A DNA stretch of 64,000 nt, taken from positions 9,433 through 73,432 of the forward strand of contig JAUMWC010000003.1 in the NCBI GenBank assembly GCA_030529855.1, read 5' to 3'. How positions within the stretch are numbered: the first letter of the stretch is position 1; every line of letters begins with the position of its first letter. The DNA comes from Gemella sp. (lineage in GTDB: Bacteria > Bacillota > Bacilli > Staphylococcales > Gemellaceae). The position numbers and the translations under genes are program-made. The notes beneath the pieces are model-generated. The model worked only from the letters and a program-made list of their open reading frames with translations. It was not told the DNA's origin and did not search any database. Positions 44,253 to 55,138 of the stretch are shown here, one piece after another.

Positions 44253-46592
44253 CTATTTCATTTCAACTATTGTGACTCCTAGTCCACCTTCTCCTTCTCC
44301 ACCACTTCTATAGGCTGCAACATATCTATTGTTCTTTAAATATTCTGCTATATTTTTCTTTAATATTCCAGAACCTACACCATGAATTATTGTAAAAGTA
44401 TCATATCCAGACAACAATACTTTGTCAAGATAATCTTCAATTATTCTCAATGCACTTTCTGTGTTTTCTCCAATTACATTGACATCTAATCCAACTTTAG
44501 TTACTGTCTTTTGCGAAATTGTTACAGATCTTGATTTCGTTTTTTCTTTTTTTATTTTTCTAAGATCTTTTAATTTAGCAGTAATTTTCATGGATCCTAA
44601 TTTTATTACTACCTCCATTCCCTTTATTTCTAAAACTTCTGCTCGTTGATTATATTTTAAGAATACAACATCATCTCCTACAGAAATACTTTCTCTACTG
44701 TCTAATTCTGTATTTTCAAAAACCTTTTTATTAGATACCTTTACTTTATTTGCATCCATATTCTCAATCATTTCATTAAATTGATGTTGCTTAATTGAAT
44801 CAGAAGAATTCTTAAAGTTTTTATATACTTCATACATTTCTTCTTTTTTCTCTTCAATTTCTTTGTTTAATTCTTCGTTAGCTTTTTCATATAGTGTATG
44901 TTTATATAACTCAAAATCATTTAGATTATTTGTTAATATATCTTTAATTGTTCTAATTTCTAATATTTCTTCATTTAGTCTTCTAATTTTATCTTCATAT
45001 TCTTTTATATCCTTTGATAACTCATCTATAAGTAGACTATTTTCTTTTTCCGTTTCTTCTAAAAATGTATTTGCTTCAGCTATCATAGATTCTTCCAAAC
45101 CTATTTTATACGAAATGTTAATAGCATTAGATTTTCCTGGTAAACCTATTACAAATTTATATGTTGGCTTTAAAGTATCAAAATCAAATTCTAATGAAGA
45201 ATTCTTGTAATAATTTGATTTAAAACAATAATCTTTTATCTCAGGATAATGAGTTGTGCATAAGACTGTTGTTCTTAATTCTTTAAATTTATTTAGTATG
45301 GCCATTGATAATGCTGCACCTTCACTTGGATCAGTACCTGAACATAACTCGTCAAGCAATACTATAGATTTATCTGTTGTATTCTCTAAGATACTTACTA
45401 TATTCTTCATATGTGATGAAAATGTTGATAAATTATTTGCGATAGACTGCTCATCTCCTATATCTATAAAGATATTTTCAAAAAATCCCACAACAGACTT
45501 GTTAGCCGCTGGAATATATAATCCTAAGTGAGTTAATAATACTGCTAATCCAACCGTTTTTAATATTACGGTTTTCCCACCAGTATTAGGTCCTGTTATT
45601 ATCAAAGAATTATCATAATTATTTAATAATACATCATTTTTAACAACTATATCTCTATCTAATAATGGATTATATGCTTTTTTCAAATCTATTACTTGCT
45701 CATTTCTTATTATCGGCTTTTCTAAACCTTTATTGATTGAGAAGTTTATTTTAGAAAATATAAATTCCACTTCTGAAAAATTATCTAAAGCTATTTTTAA
45801 ATCTAAACTATTTTCTTTTATTTTTTCTGTAGCTTCTGATAAAATCCTAAAAATTTCTTCCTTTTCTTTCCTAGATAAGATAGATATTTCATTGCTAATT
45901 ATTACATTTTCTCTTGGTTCTATATAGAAAGTATTTCCTGATGCTGATTGATCATGAATTATTCCACCAAAATCATTTTTATATTCTGGTTTTACTAAAA
46001 TTACATATCTATCATTTCGTTTGGTAACAATGGATTCTGTTAATTTAGAAGCATTACTACGTATAATTGATCTAAGTGTTTTATCAGCTTTTGATTGAAG
46101 TGATTTCATCTTATCTTTGATTTCTTTCAACTCAGAACTAGCGTCGGATTTTATATATCCATCTTCATCAATAATTTTTTGTAAATATTCTATTAAATCA
46201 TTAAAAACAGGAATTTGAGTTACATAATTTTCAATATGTTCATAATTTTCTGTATCTGTATTTCTAATATACTCAAATTTATTTTTGAATAATCTAAATA
46301 TCTCTAAATTCCTTAATATATAATGTAATTCTTTTTCTATTAACATACTATCTATTTTAGATTTTTGTAGTGCAGTATAGTAATCATAGATTTTTAATTT
46401 AAATTCTCCAGGATATTTTCTTAGTAAATTTTCTACTTCTTCATTTTCTTTTTGAACAGTTACTAACTTATCAAAATTCTTAATATATTTTAATTCCTTA
46501 AATTTTCTTAAGGATAACTCAGAATAAGTATATTTTTCAACATCTTCTAATAATATATCTAAATCTAATTTTTTTGCTAAAGTTACTTTCAC
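44253..46592 (-). CDS. mutS2: Endonuclease MutS2
   Basis: 779 aa; MutS ATPase Walker A GPNTGGKT, long coiled-coil region, C-terminal Smr domain. Confidence 0.93.
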   Translation of the reverse strand: MKVTLAKKLDLDILLEDVEKYTYSELSLRKFKELKYIKNFDKLVTVQKENEEVENLLRKYPGEFKLKIYDYYTALQKSKIDSMLIEKELHYILRNLEIFRLFKNKFEYIRNTDTENYEHIENYVTQIPVFNDLIEYLQKIIDEDGYIKSDASSELKEIKDKMKSLQSKADKTLRSIIRSNASKLTESIVTKRNDRYVILVKPEYKNDFGGIIHDQSASGNTFYIEPRENVIISNEISILSRKEKEEIFRILSEATEKIKENSLDLKIALDNFSEVEFIFSKINFSINKGLEKPIIRNEQVIDLKKAYNPLLDRDIVVKNDVLLNNYDNSLIITGPNTGGKTVILKTVGLAVLLTHLGLYIPAANKSVVGFFENIFIDIGDEQSIANNLSTFSSHMKNIVSILENTTDKSIVLLDELCSGTDPSEGAALSMAILNKFKELRTTVLCTTHYPEIKDYCFKSNYYKNSSLEFDFDTLKPTYKFVIGLPGKSNAINISYKIGLEESMIAEANTFLEETEKENSLLIDELSKDIKEYEDKIRRLNEEILEIRTIKDILTNNLNDFELYKHTLYEKANEELNKEIEEKKEEMYEVYKNFKNSSDSIKQHQFNEMIENMDANKVKVSNKKVFENTELDSRESISVGDDVVFLKYNQRAEVLEIKGMEVVIKLGSMKITAKLKDLRKIKKEKTKSRSVTISQKTVTKVGLDVNVIGENTESALRIIEDYLDKVLLSGYDTFTIIHGVGSGILKKNIAEYLKNNRYVAAYRSGGEGEGGLGVTIVEMK

Positions 46593-46640
46593 ATTTATTC
46601 ACCTCTATTCTAGAATAAAAGATTAGATAGAATCATCTAT

Positions 46641-47246
46641 CTAATCTTCTTTTTCATCTACTACTTTATCCATTTCTTCAATAATTTTATTCACATTTAT
46701 CTTTTTAACAGAAGAAAATGGAATAATGTCTATATTATTTGATAAATCAAGCTTACTTTCTATTTTTTTTCTATTTTTTGCAAGCTCATTTCTTGAAATT
46801 TTGTCAGTTTTAGTAAGTACAACCAAAAATGGAATCTCGTAATAGTTTAAAAATTCATTCATCATTATATCATCTTCAGATGGACTATGTCTACTATCTA
46901 AAAGATGCATAACAAAACTTAGATTTTGACTATTTACAAAATATTCAACTATCATATCATATAGCTTTTCTTTTTCCGTTTTTGATAACTTTGCATATCC
47001 ATACCCCGGAACATCAACTAGCACTAATTTATTATCAATATCGAAAAAATTTAATGTTCTAGTTTTACCAGGTTTTGCTGAAACTCTTGCATAATTTTTT
47101 CTATTTAAAATAGTATTAATAAACGATGATTTTCCCACATTAGATCTACCACACATTGCAACTTCAGGTAAATCATGCTCTGGATATTGTTTTTTAGATA
47201 CTGCGCTTATTAGTAAATCTACGTTATTTACATTAAATTTAGCCAT
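46641..47246 (-). CDS. engB: Ribosome biogenesis GTPase EngB/YsxC
   Basis: 201 aa; GRSNVGKSS G1 motif, DVPGYG G3 motif, TKTDK G4 motif. Downstream of lon as in the Bacillus clpX-lon-ysxC cluster. Confidence 0.92.
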   Translation of the reverse strand: MAKFNVNNVDLLISAVSKKQYPEHDLPEVAMCGRSNVGKSSFINTILNRKNYARVSAKPGKTRTLNFFDIDNKLVLVDVPGYGYAKLSKTEKEKLYDMIVEYFVNSQNLSFVMHLLDSRHSPSEDDIMMNEFLNYYEIPFLVVLTKTDKISRNELAKNRKKIESKLDLSNNIDIIPFSSVKKINVNKIIEEMDKVVDEKED

Positions 47247-49548
47247 TTGCCACCTCTTTAAATACTATCTCAAATACCTCAGTCATATTTTTCACAAAAT
47301 GAATTGATAGTTTATCTAAAACTTCTTTAGGAATATCAAGTAAATCACCTTTGTTTTTCTCAGGTAAGATAATTTTATTTATTCCCATCTTTTCAGAACT
47401 TAATATTTTTTCTTTAACTCCTCCGATAGGTAATACTTTCCCATGTAAAGTTATTTCACCTGTCATTGCAATATTATTATCAACGTTTATTTTTTTTAAA
47501 GTTGAATATAATGAAGTTGTAATAGTTATACCCGCGGAAGGGCCATCCTTAGGAACCGCTCCTTCTGGAACATGAATATGGATATCTATCTTATCAAAAG
47601 CAATTTCTTCTAAATCTAATTCTTTAGAATTAGATCGTAAATAAGAAATTGCTGTTTGGGCAGATTCTTTCATAACATCTCCAAGTTTTCCTGTAAGTAT
47701 TATTTTTCCATTTCCAGTAGATACAGCAGTTTCAATTTCAAGTGTATCACCACCTACAGTTGTATAGGCAAGACCATTAACTATACCTACTTGTGGTACT
47801 CTATTCTTTTCTTTCATATCATATTTAGATATTCCTAAGAATTCTTCTAAAGTATTAACTCCTACTTTAACCTTTTCTTCACCTTTAAGTATCTTCAGTG
47901 CTGCTTTTCTACAGACTTTACCTATAATTCTATCTAAATTTCTAACTCCTGCTTCATAAGTATATCCAGTTATAATTTTATTAATAGCTTGCTTAGTAAA
48001 CGTAATTTGCTTACTGTTTAAACCATTTTCTTTTATTTGTTTCTTAATCAGATATTCTTTAGCAATGCTCTCTTTTTCTTTTACAGTATACGATTCTAAG
48101 TCAATAACTTCCATCCTATCTCTTAATGGTGCTGGAATCATCGATAAATTGTTAGCTGTAGCTACAAATAGAACTTTAGACAAATCAAAAGGAATATCTA
48201 AATAATGGTCTACAAATTCATTATTCTGTTCAGGATCAATTACTTCAAGCATTGCAGCAGCCGGATCTCCTTTAATATCAGATGCCATTTTATCTATTTC
48301 ATCTAGTAAAATAACAGGATTATTAGATTTTACCTTTTTCAAAGACTGTATTAATTTACCTGGTAATGCTCCTACGTATGTTCTTCTATGCCCTCTTATT
48401 TCCGCTTCATCTCTTACTCCACCAAGGGACACTCTTATAAAGTTTCTGCCCATAGCTTCAGCAATTGATTTTGCTAATGATGATTTACCTACACCTGGCG
48501 GCCCTGCTAAACAAAGAATTGGTGATTTCATATCTTCTCTTAATTTTTTAACAGCTAAAAATTCTAAAATTCTCTCTTTTATCTTCTCTAAACCATGATG
48601 TTTTGAATTAAGAATTTTTTCAGACTTATCCATATCAATTTCATCTTTTGTTCCTTCATTCCATGGAAGTGAAATAACAGTTTCTAAATATGTTCTTAAA
48701 ATTGAATTTTCTGGAACCATTGGAGGTGTTTTTTCTAATCGGGAAACTTCTTTTAATAAATACTCTTCATTTTGACTGGCCAATTTTAAATTTAATATCG
48801 CTTCTTTTAACTTTTCAATGTCATCTTCTTCTGGTGCTAATTCTTTCAATTCTTCTTGAACAACTTTCATTTGTTCACGTAAAAAATATTCTTTTTGTTG
48901 ATTATCTATATTACGTCTAACTTTCCTGTCAATATCTCCTTTGTATTGAGATGCAACTAAAAGATTATCTATAACTTTAATGATATAATCTGTTCTCTTT
49001 TCTAAATCAGTTGTGAAAACTATTCTTTTCTGCATTTGTACATCTAGAGGGAAATATCTTAAATTTTTATTTATAAATTTATTTAGATCATTAATGTTAA
49101 AAACACCAATATCCATTCTTTCTCTAGATAAATATTCTTTAAATGTTTTTTTTAAGGTCTGTAATTTTCCATTCTGATCAAAATCAGTATTTACTACTTC
49201 TTTTAATGACACCTCTAGGTATTCTACAACATTATCCTTATAAACCCCACTTAGCACCTCAGCTATTCCTTCGCATGTATAAGTATATAGCTTACTATCT
49301 TTATCGTATTTTAGACTTCCATATGTACCAAAGAATTTATTAAATCCTTGTTCATCATAAATTTCTAAATCTTTATTTTCTTCGTTAAAATTATCCATAG
49401 GCTTTCTGTCATTTGTAACAAAAATTCTAATGGTTTTATTTTTCAAATTATTTGTAGCCTTAAAAAAATACTTATCTTTTATTTCTAAATTATAACTATT
49501 ATCTGGTACAAATAATTCTTTATGTTCTAATAAATAATATTTAGCCAC
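47239..49548 (-). CDS. lon: ATP-dependent Lon protease (LonA type) with a divergent N-terminal domain
   Basis: 769 aa; AAA+ Walker A GPPGVGKSS, sensor and arginine-finger regions, protease catalytic serine in PKDGPSAG with a downstream lysine. The N-terminal ~200 aa lack the usual LPLLPLR-type Lon N-domain sequence. Confidence 0.88.
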   Translation of the reverse strand: MAKYYLLEHKELFVPDNSYNLEIKDKYFFKATNNLKNKTIRIFVTNDRKPMDNFNEENKDLEIYDEQGFNKFFGTYGSLKYDKDSKLYTYTCEGIAEVLSGVYKDNVVEYLEVSLKEVVNTDFDQNGKLQTLKKTFKEYLSRERMDIGVFNINDLNKFINKNLRYFPLDVQMQKRIVFTTDLEKRTDYIIKVIDNLLVASQYKGDIDRKVRRNIDNQQKEYFLREQMKVVQEELKELAPEEDDIEKLKEAILNLKLASQNEEYLLKEVSRLEKTPPMVPENSILRTYLETVISLPWNEGTKDEIDMDKSEKILNSKHHGLEKIKERILEFLAVKKLREDMKSPILCLAGPPGVGKSSLAKSIAEAMGRNFIRVSLGGVRDEAEIRGHRRTYVGALPGKLIQSLKKVKSNNPVILLDEIDKMASDIKGDPAAAMLEVIDPEQNNEFVDHYLDIPFDLSKVLFVATANNLSMIPAPLRDRMEVIDLESYTVKEKESIAKEYLIKKQIKENGLNSKQITFTKQAINKIITGYTYEAGVRNLDRIIGKVCRKAALKILKGEEKVKVGVNTLEEFLGISKYDMKEKNRVPQVGIVNGLAYTTVGGDTLEIETAVSTGNGKIILTGKLGDVMKESAQTAISYLRSNSKELDLEEIAFDKIDIHIHVPEGAVPKDGPSAGITITTSLYSTLKKINVDNNIAMTGEITLHGKVLPIGGVKEKILSSEKMGINKIILPEKNKGDLLDIPKEVLDKLSIHFVKNMTEVFEIVFKEVANG

Positions 49549-49559
49549 TATTGTTCTCC

Positions 49560-50771
49560 TTATTTCAATATAGGATTAGTTTTATTTATAATATTTTCTT
49601 TTTTCACTATGCATTGACTTATATTTGATTTACTTGGTAATTCAAACATAACATCCAATAATACTTCTTCAATAATTGCTCTTAATCCTCTGGCACCTGT
49701 TTTTCGTTTTATGGTTTCTCTAGCGATTTCATTCAAAGCTTCTTTCTCAAAAGTTAATTTTACATTATCTAATTCAAATAAATATTCATATTGTTTAATA
49801 ACAGAATTTTTAGGTTCAACTAATACTCTTACTAAATCATCTTCTGATAACTCTTCTAATGAGCAAATTAATGGTATTCTTCCTATAAACTCCGGAATAA
49901 TCCCAAATTTAACTAAATCTTCCTGTTTAACTTTAGAAATAATACTACCTTCTATGTTTTCATTATCTTCAGATTTTGAAAAACCTACTACATTTTCTCC
50001 TAAACGTCTTTTTATGATTTCTTCAATTCCAGCAAAAGCTCCACCAATTATAAAAAGAATATCTTTTGTGTCTATCTTTAACATTTCTTGACCAGGATGT
50101 TTTCTTCCCCCCTGTGGCGGAACACTTGCAATTGTTCCCTCTAATATTTTTAGTAAGGCTTGCTGAACACCTTCACCTGAAACATCTCTAGTTATAGAAA
50201 CATTTTCTCCTTTTTTGGCTATTTTATCAATCTCATCTATATAGATTATTCCTTTTTCGGCTTTTTTTATATCATAATTAGCATTTTCAATAAGTCGTAA
50301 CAAGATATTTTCTACATCTTCTCCTACATATCCTGCTTCGGTAAGCGTTGTTGCATCAGTCATAGCAAAAGGAACATCTAACATTTTTGCTAAAGTTTGT
50401 GCTATTAGAGTTTTACCAGAACCAGTAGACCCTATTAATGCAATATTACTTTTTTGGAGTTCAACATCTGTTGCTGAACGCTCATCTAGTAAAACTCTTT
50501 TATAATGATTATATACTGCTACTGCTACCGCTTTTTTAGCTTTATCTTGACTAATAACATATTCATTTAATTTTTCTAGTATTTCTTTTGGTTTTAATAA
50601 TTTAATATCTGTACTTTGATTTTCGTTAAAAAACTCTTGTTCATCTATCATCTCAGAGCATAAGTCTACACATTCATCACAAATAAATACTCCATTACCA
50701 GCAATTAATTTAAATACTTCATCTGAATGTTTCCCACAAAAAGAACATGAAAAATTGTTATTTTTTTCCAT
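49560..50771 (-). CDS. clpX: ATP-dependent Clp protease ATP-binding subunit ClpX
   Basis: 403 aa; N-terminal C4 zinc-binding domain (CSFCGK...CDEC), Walker [12 protein letters not shown]-type ClpP-docking loop. Confidence 0.96.
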   Translation of the reverse strand: MEKNNNFSCSFCGKHSDEVFKLIAGNGVFICDECVDLCSEMIDEQEFFNENQSTDIKLLKPKEILEKLNEYVISQDKAKKAVAVAVYNHYKRVLLDERSATDVELQKSNIALIGSTGSGKTLIAQTLAKMLDVPFAMTDATTLTEAGYVGEDVENILLRLIENANYDIKKAEKGIIYIDEIDKIAKKGENVSITRDVSGEGVQQALLKILEGTIASVPPQGGRKHPGQEMLKIDTKDILFIIGGAFAGIEEIIKRRLGENVVGFSKSEDNENIEGSIISKVKQEDLVKFGIIPEFIGRIPLICSLEELSEDDLVRVLVEPKNSVIKQYEYLFELDNVKLTFEKEALNEIARETIKRKTGARGLRAIIEEVLLDVMFELPSKSNISQCIVKKENIINKTNPILK

Positions 50772-50823
50772 TTTGTCACCTCATTAAAATATCTTTTTAT
50801 TATACTATAGCTATGTTTTAAAG

Positions 50824-50868
50824 TCAAAAAAATAAGAGAGTGAAGCACTTTAGAAGTGCTCCTCCCTC
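50824..50868 (-). terminator. Terminator after the cpsB-like gene
   Basis: Imperfect GC-containing hairpin (AAGAGGGAGGAGCACTT / AAGTGCTTCACTCTCTT on the - strand) followed by a T-run. Confidence 0.5.
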
Positions 50869-51591
50869 TTATTTTCTTAATATTTTTTCTGCATTTTTTC
50901 TACATAATTTATCAGCTAAATCTTTTCCATATTTTGAAGTGATAAATTCATAAGCTTCTTTTAAATGTGGTTTTCTATCTTCTAAATTATGCATATCTGT
51001 AGCTACAAATGAAATTAAATCATTATCTATAAAATATTTAGCTCTTTTTTTATAGACTTTATGTTTGTCTCCAAAAAGCTTAATTTTTAATACACTGGAT
51101 GAATTGACTTGCATTAAAGCACCTTTGTGTATTAGTTCTTTAACTTGTTCCTTGTTATTTTCTAAACAATTATATCTTTCAATATGTGCTAATATTGGCT
51201 TTAAACCTAATAATATTATAGAATCAACAGCAGAAAAAATTTCTTTATACATAACATTAGAACTAAATTCTAATAATACATATTCTGTTGACGCTAAGGT
51301 TGGGGTTGTTTTATTTTCTAGCTTTTCTAATATACTAGAAGTATAGTATAATTCCCCACCGTAATAAATATCTAAATCGCTATATATTGATTTTAATTTT
51401 TCTTTTAAAATCAAGAAATTTTCTTTAATTTTTTCCTCTGGTGTATTAAACATCCCTCTTCGTCTATGCGACGTGGCTATTATTGATCTAATTCCTTGAG
51501 AATATGCCTCTTCTACTAATTTTAGACTATCTTCTAGTGTTCTAGGACCATCGTCTACTCCAAAAATTATATGAGAATGTATATCTATCAT
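50869..51591 (-). CDS. cpsB: PHP-family Mn-dependent protein-tyrosine phosphatase (CpsB/YwqE type)
   Basis: 240 aa; MIDIHSHIIFGVDDGP N-terminal PHP motif, then ATSH and further histidine motifs. Confidence 0.88.
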   Translation of the reverse strand: MIDIHSHIIFGVDDGPRTLEDSLKLVEEAYSQGIRSIIATSHRRRGMFNTPEEKIKENFLILKEKLKSIYSDLDIYYGGELYYTSSILEKLENKTTPTLASTEYVLLEFSSNVMYKEIFSAVDSIILLGLKPILAHIERYNCLENNKEQVKELIHKGALMQVNSSSVLKIKLFGDKHKVYKKRAKYFIDNDLISFVATDMHNLEDRKPHLKEAYEFITSKYGKDLADKLCRKNAEKILRK

Positions 51592-53027
51592 TCTTTAGCT
51601 CCAATGACATCTTCCATATTATTTTTAACTTCTTTTAGACTATTTTCATCAACCTTCATCATATATAAATTATACCCCGGCATCGCATAAGAAGGCATTC
51701 CCATTGTTCCTTGTCCCTCTAAAGCCTGTGATGAGACATTGTATTCTGATTTCTTTTCTACCTGCTCATTTGCTAATGACATTAATTGTTCTACTGGCAT
51801 GTCAGTTTGAATAGAAGTAGACAACTCACTAATAATATCTTGCGAATTCAATAATGCATTACTTGTAGTTAATTTCTTTATAATTGCCGTTATTACTTTT
51901 TGTTGATTTTTACCTCTATCATGATCACCACCAGATAATCCATATCGCTCTCTTACAAATTCAAGTGCTTGCTCTGAATTAAGCGTTATATTCCCTTGAC
52001 GATATACCTGTCCATCTCTTGTTCCTTTGAATTCTTGATCATTATAAACCTCAATTCCACCTAATATATCCACCAATTTTATAAATGAAGTAAAGTTAAT
52101 TCTTGCATAATAATTAATATCGATATTATAAAGATTTTCTAAAGTATGTATAGATGCATCTACCCCATAAACACCAGCATGTGTTAACTTATCATATTGA
52201 TCATTTCCTCCATCTGCTATTCTAACATATGAATCCCTAGGTGTTGTCGTTAAAAGAATCTTATTAGTTTTCTTATTAATTGTCATAATAATATTAACAT
52301 CTGATCTAGATACTGATGTTATTGGCCCATATGTATCTATTCCGCTAATATATATATTAAGAACATCCGAATTAGAACTTACTTTATTTTGTCGTTTAGC
52401 AACTTCTTTAGTGTAAGTTGTTTTATATATTTTTTTTATCTTATTAGAATATTCTGGATCATTCATTTCTAATATATTTTCATATGCGCTACTTATTATT
52501 ACAGCTTTGTTTTGAGAGTTTACTAAATCATCATAGGCTTTTACATAAGACTCCGCCTCTATTACTTCAAACGTTACACCCTCTTTGTTCTTTATATCTG
52601 AAATAAATTTATTTATATTTTCAGTATCTATTTTCACAGGTGCTGCAACTTCAGATGAATTTAAATCCTGTATGCTATTTATACTAGAGTCTTTAGGTAC
52701 TACAATACTCATTTCTGTAGTATTTATATTTGTATTCTTATTTAAATTACCAATTAAATTAACTGTACTATTTATCTGAGAATACGCAAATGCTGTTGTA
52801 CCCAATAATAATATTGAAGAAATTAAAACAAGTATCTTCGCCTTGTTTCTTATTAACATAATTAACAGTACTAATAACACCACTGCCAAAATTGCTGTAA
52901 TAATATAATTAACATTCATAAATGCCAACATATTATATTTAAAAATAGCATATATCATGAATGCTGAAGATATTATTGCTAAAATTAGTAATATAGAATT
53001 AATAACTTTAAAAATTTTTGAATTCAT
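51588..53027 (-). CDS. cpsA: LytR-CpsA-Psr (LCP) family phosphotransferase, CpsA-like
   Basis: 479 aa; three N-terminal TM segments, an accessory domain, then the LCP domain (TTPRDSYVRIADGGNDQYDKLTHAGVYG). Overlaps cpsB by 4 bp. Confidence 0.85.
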   Translation of the reverse strand: MNSKIFKVINSILLILAIISSAFMIYAIFKYNMLAFMNVNYIITAILAVVLLVLLIMLIRNKAKILVLISSILLLGTTAFAYSQINSTVNLIGNLNKNTNINTTEMSIVVPKDSSINSIQDLNSSEVAAPVKIDTENINKFISDIKNKEGVTFEVIEAESYVKAYDDLVNSQNKAVIISSAYENILEMNDPEYSNKIKKIYKTTYTKEVAKRQNKVSSNSDVLNIYISGIDTYGPITSVSRSDVNIIMTINKKTNKILLTTTPRDSYVRIADGGNDQYDKLTHAGVYGVDASIHTLENLYNIDINYYARINFTSFIKLVDILGGIEVYNDQEFKGTRDGQVYRQGNITLNSEQALEFVRERYGLSGGDHDRGKNQQKVITAIIKKLTTSNALLNSQDIISELSTSIQTDMPVEQLMSLANEQVEKKSEYNVSSQALEGQGTMGMPSYAMPGYNLYMMKVDENSLKEVKNNMEDVIGAKE

Positions 53028-53133
53028 TATATTCCTCCTTTAATTAATCTACTTAATTCTACCTTTTAAATTTTCTAATGTCAATAAATTCAAATATAGC
53101 AGTAACTATGTTATACTGGTATTATAAATATAA

Positions 53134-53619
53134 TTGGAGGTCGTAAATATGAATATAGTTGACCATAAAGAAACATTTATTTCTCAAGCTAAATCATTAA
53201 TTCAAGGAGAAGAAAATCTTTTTGCTAATCTTTCTAATCTATCTGCTCTATATAATGAATATATTGATGATATAAACTGGATAGGATTTTATTTACTTGA
53301 TGAAAAAAATAATAATCTTGTTTTAGGTCCATTTCAAGGAAAAGTGGCATGTATTAGAATCCCTTTTAACAAAGGTGTTTGTGGTCACTGCTATACAATT
53401 CAAGAGGCAGTCTATGTTGAGGATGTCCACAAGTTCCCAGGGCATATAGCATGTGATTCTGCAACAAATAGTGAATTAGTTATTCCTATTTTAAAAAAAG
53501 AAAAAGTAGTTGCGCTACTTGATATTGACTCTATTTCGTTTGATAGATTTTCTAAAGAAGAAATAGATGTACTTATTGACGTAACAAATCAAATTTTCAA
53601 TGAACTTAATTTCGAATAA
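53134..53619 (+). CDS. GAF-domain protein, free methionine-(R)-sulfoxide reductase-like (YtsP / fRMsr family)
   Basis: About 160 aa; GAF-domain signature with conserved cysteines (VACIRIP...GVCGHCY...HIACDS). The start may instead be MNIVDH at 53149. Confidence 0.75.
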   Translation: MEVVNMNIVDHKETFISQAKSLIQGEENLFANLSNLSALYNEYIDDINWIGFYLLDEKNNNLVLGPFQGKVACIRIPFNKGVCGHCYTIQEAVYVEDVHKFPGHIACDSATNSELVIPILKKEKVVALLDIDSISFDRFSKEEIDVLIDVTNQIFNELNFE

Positions 53620-53620
53620 A

Positions 53621-53655
53621 AAAATAAGGGGTGTTAAACACCCCTTATTTTTTTA
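53621..53655. terminator. Bidirectional terminator between the GAF gene and lepB
   Basis: AAAAATAAGGGGTGTTtaaACACCCCTTATTTTTTT: a GC-rich stem flanked by A- and T-runs. Confidence 0.75.
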
Positions 53656-54216
53656 TTCGATACTGAAAAACTCAAAAGAAGAGAATGGGTAGTATCTTAA
53701 AACTACATTACCTACTATCTTATCTTCTTTTACAAAACCTAACAACCTACTATCTGTAGAATTCGGTCTGTTATCTCCCATCACAAAATACATTCCTTCT
53801 GGTACTGTTTTTGATTGAGTTGATGCTAAATATTCAATATTAAAATCCTGAGTCAGATTTGTATTAGAACCACTATTTCTTAACTCTTCTTTTTTCTTAT
53901 CTAAATAAGGTTCATCTACTTTTTTACCATTTACATATAAAACATCATCTACCATTTCAACAGTATCTCCAGGAACACCTATAACTCTCTTAATATAGTC
54001 GTCTTGTTCATTTGCATGAAAAACAATCTCTTCTCCGCGTTCATAAGTACTTCCTATTTTACTAATAAATACTTTATCATTATCAGCAAAAGTATAGTCC
54101 ATTGATTTCCCTTTTACAGTATATGGAGAAACTAAAAATGTTGTTATTAAAAAATATAGTCCGATAGACACTATAACAACAAGAATCCACTCCATTATTT
54201 CTCTTATGATTTTCAC
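53653..54216 (-). CDS. lepB: Signal peptidase I
   Basis: 187 aa; N-terminal TM helix, catalytic serine box (KGKSMDYTF), lysine box (KRVIGVPGD), GDNR motif. Confidence 0.92.
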   Translation of the reverse strand: MKIIREIMEWILVVIVSIGLYFLITTFLVSPYTVKGKSMDYTFADNDKVFISKIGSTYERGEEIVFHANEQDDYIKRVIGVPGDTVEMVDDVLYVNGKKVDEPYLDKKKEELRNSGSNTNLTQDFNIEYLASTQSKTVPEGMYFVMGDNRPNSTDSRLLGFVKEDKIVGNVVLRYYPFSSFEFFSIE

Positions 54217-54274
54217 AATATTTACCTCTTTAATACTATTTTCAAATAATTATATCACACTACTAGCATTTATT

Positions 54275-55126
54275 CTAACTATTTAAATATTTTTGTAATT
54301 CATCTAATTTATTATTTGCATCTTCTAGACCTAGATTATAAATTTCTTTAATTTTATCTACATTTTTTTCTAAACGAGATACCTTAATTTCTTTACTAGG
54401 TCTAATAACAAATATCTCTTTTTTATTTTCATAATCAATTATTTTAGATACAGTATTATTATATCTCTGTCCTCTAGATAGAATAACATCCCCTAAAACT
54501 CTTCCATACTTTTTATACGTTAGTTTTTCTATAATTTTATTATGATTTTCTTTTTTTCTATACTCTATATCTCTTGTTAATATTAGTATAATTTTATCAA
54601 AATTCATTGATTTTGCTTTTTCAATTGGAATACTATCCGCAATACCACCATCAAGATATTTTTTATTGTCTATTTCTATAACTTCTGATAAAAATGGCAT
54701 GGCTGAACTGGCTCTTAAATACTCCATTTGTTCAAACACATTACTTATTTTAATGTATTCTGCCTCACCTGTCTCTACATTTGTTACAGTAGCATAGTAA
54801 TCAATATTTGACTTTTCAAATTTTTCTTGATCAAACACATCTAATCGCTTTGGCAGTATATAATAAGCAAATTCCTTGTTTACTACATTACCTGTTTTCA
54901 CTAAAGACTTAAGACTCATATACATTGGATACTTTAAATACTTTGTATTATAGTTTAACGCTCGCCCTCTTTGTTTAGATGCGTAATTAACTCCAAATAA
55001 TGCCCCTGCTGATACAGAAATTATCGTGTCTACCTTTATATCGTAATCTATAAAAGAATCTAAAACACCCGCTGTATACATTCCACGCATAGCTCCGCCT
55101 TCTAATACTAATGCAACTTTACTCAT
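54275..55126 (-). CDS. Patatin-like phospholipase
   Basis: 283 aa; GGAMRG oxyanion motif, GxSxG nucleophile (SVSAG), DGG catalytic aspartate motif. Confidence 0.85.
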   Translation of the reverse strand: MSKVALVLEGGAMRGMYTAGVLDSFIDYDIKVDTIISVSAGALFGVNYASKQRGRALNYNTKYLKYPMYMSLKSLVKTGNVVNKEFAYYILPKRLDVFDQEKFEKSNIDYYATVTNVETGEAEYIKISNVFEQMEYLRASSAMPFLSEVIEIDNKKYLDGGIADSIPIEKAKSMNFDKIILILTRDIEYRKKENHNKIIEKLTYKKYGRVLGDVILSRGQRYNNTVSKIIDYENKKEIFVIRPSKEIKVSRLEKNVDKIKEIYNLGLEDANNKLDELQKYLNS

Positions 55127-55138
55127 GAATGTTCCTTC

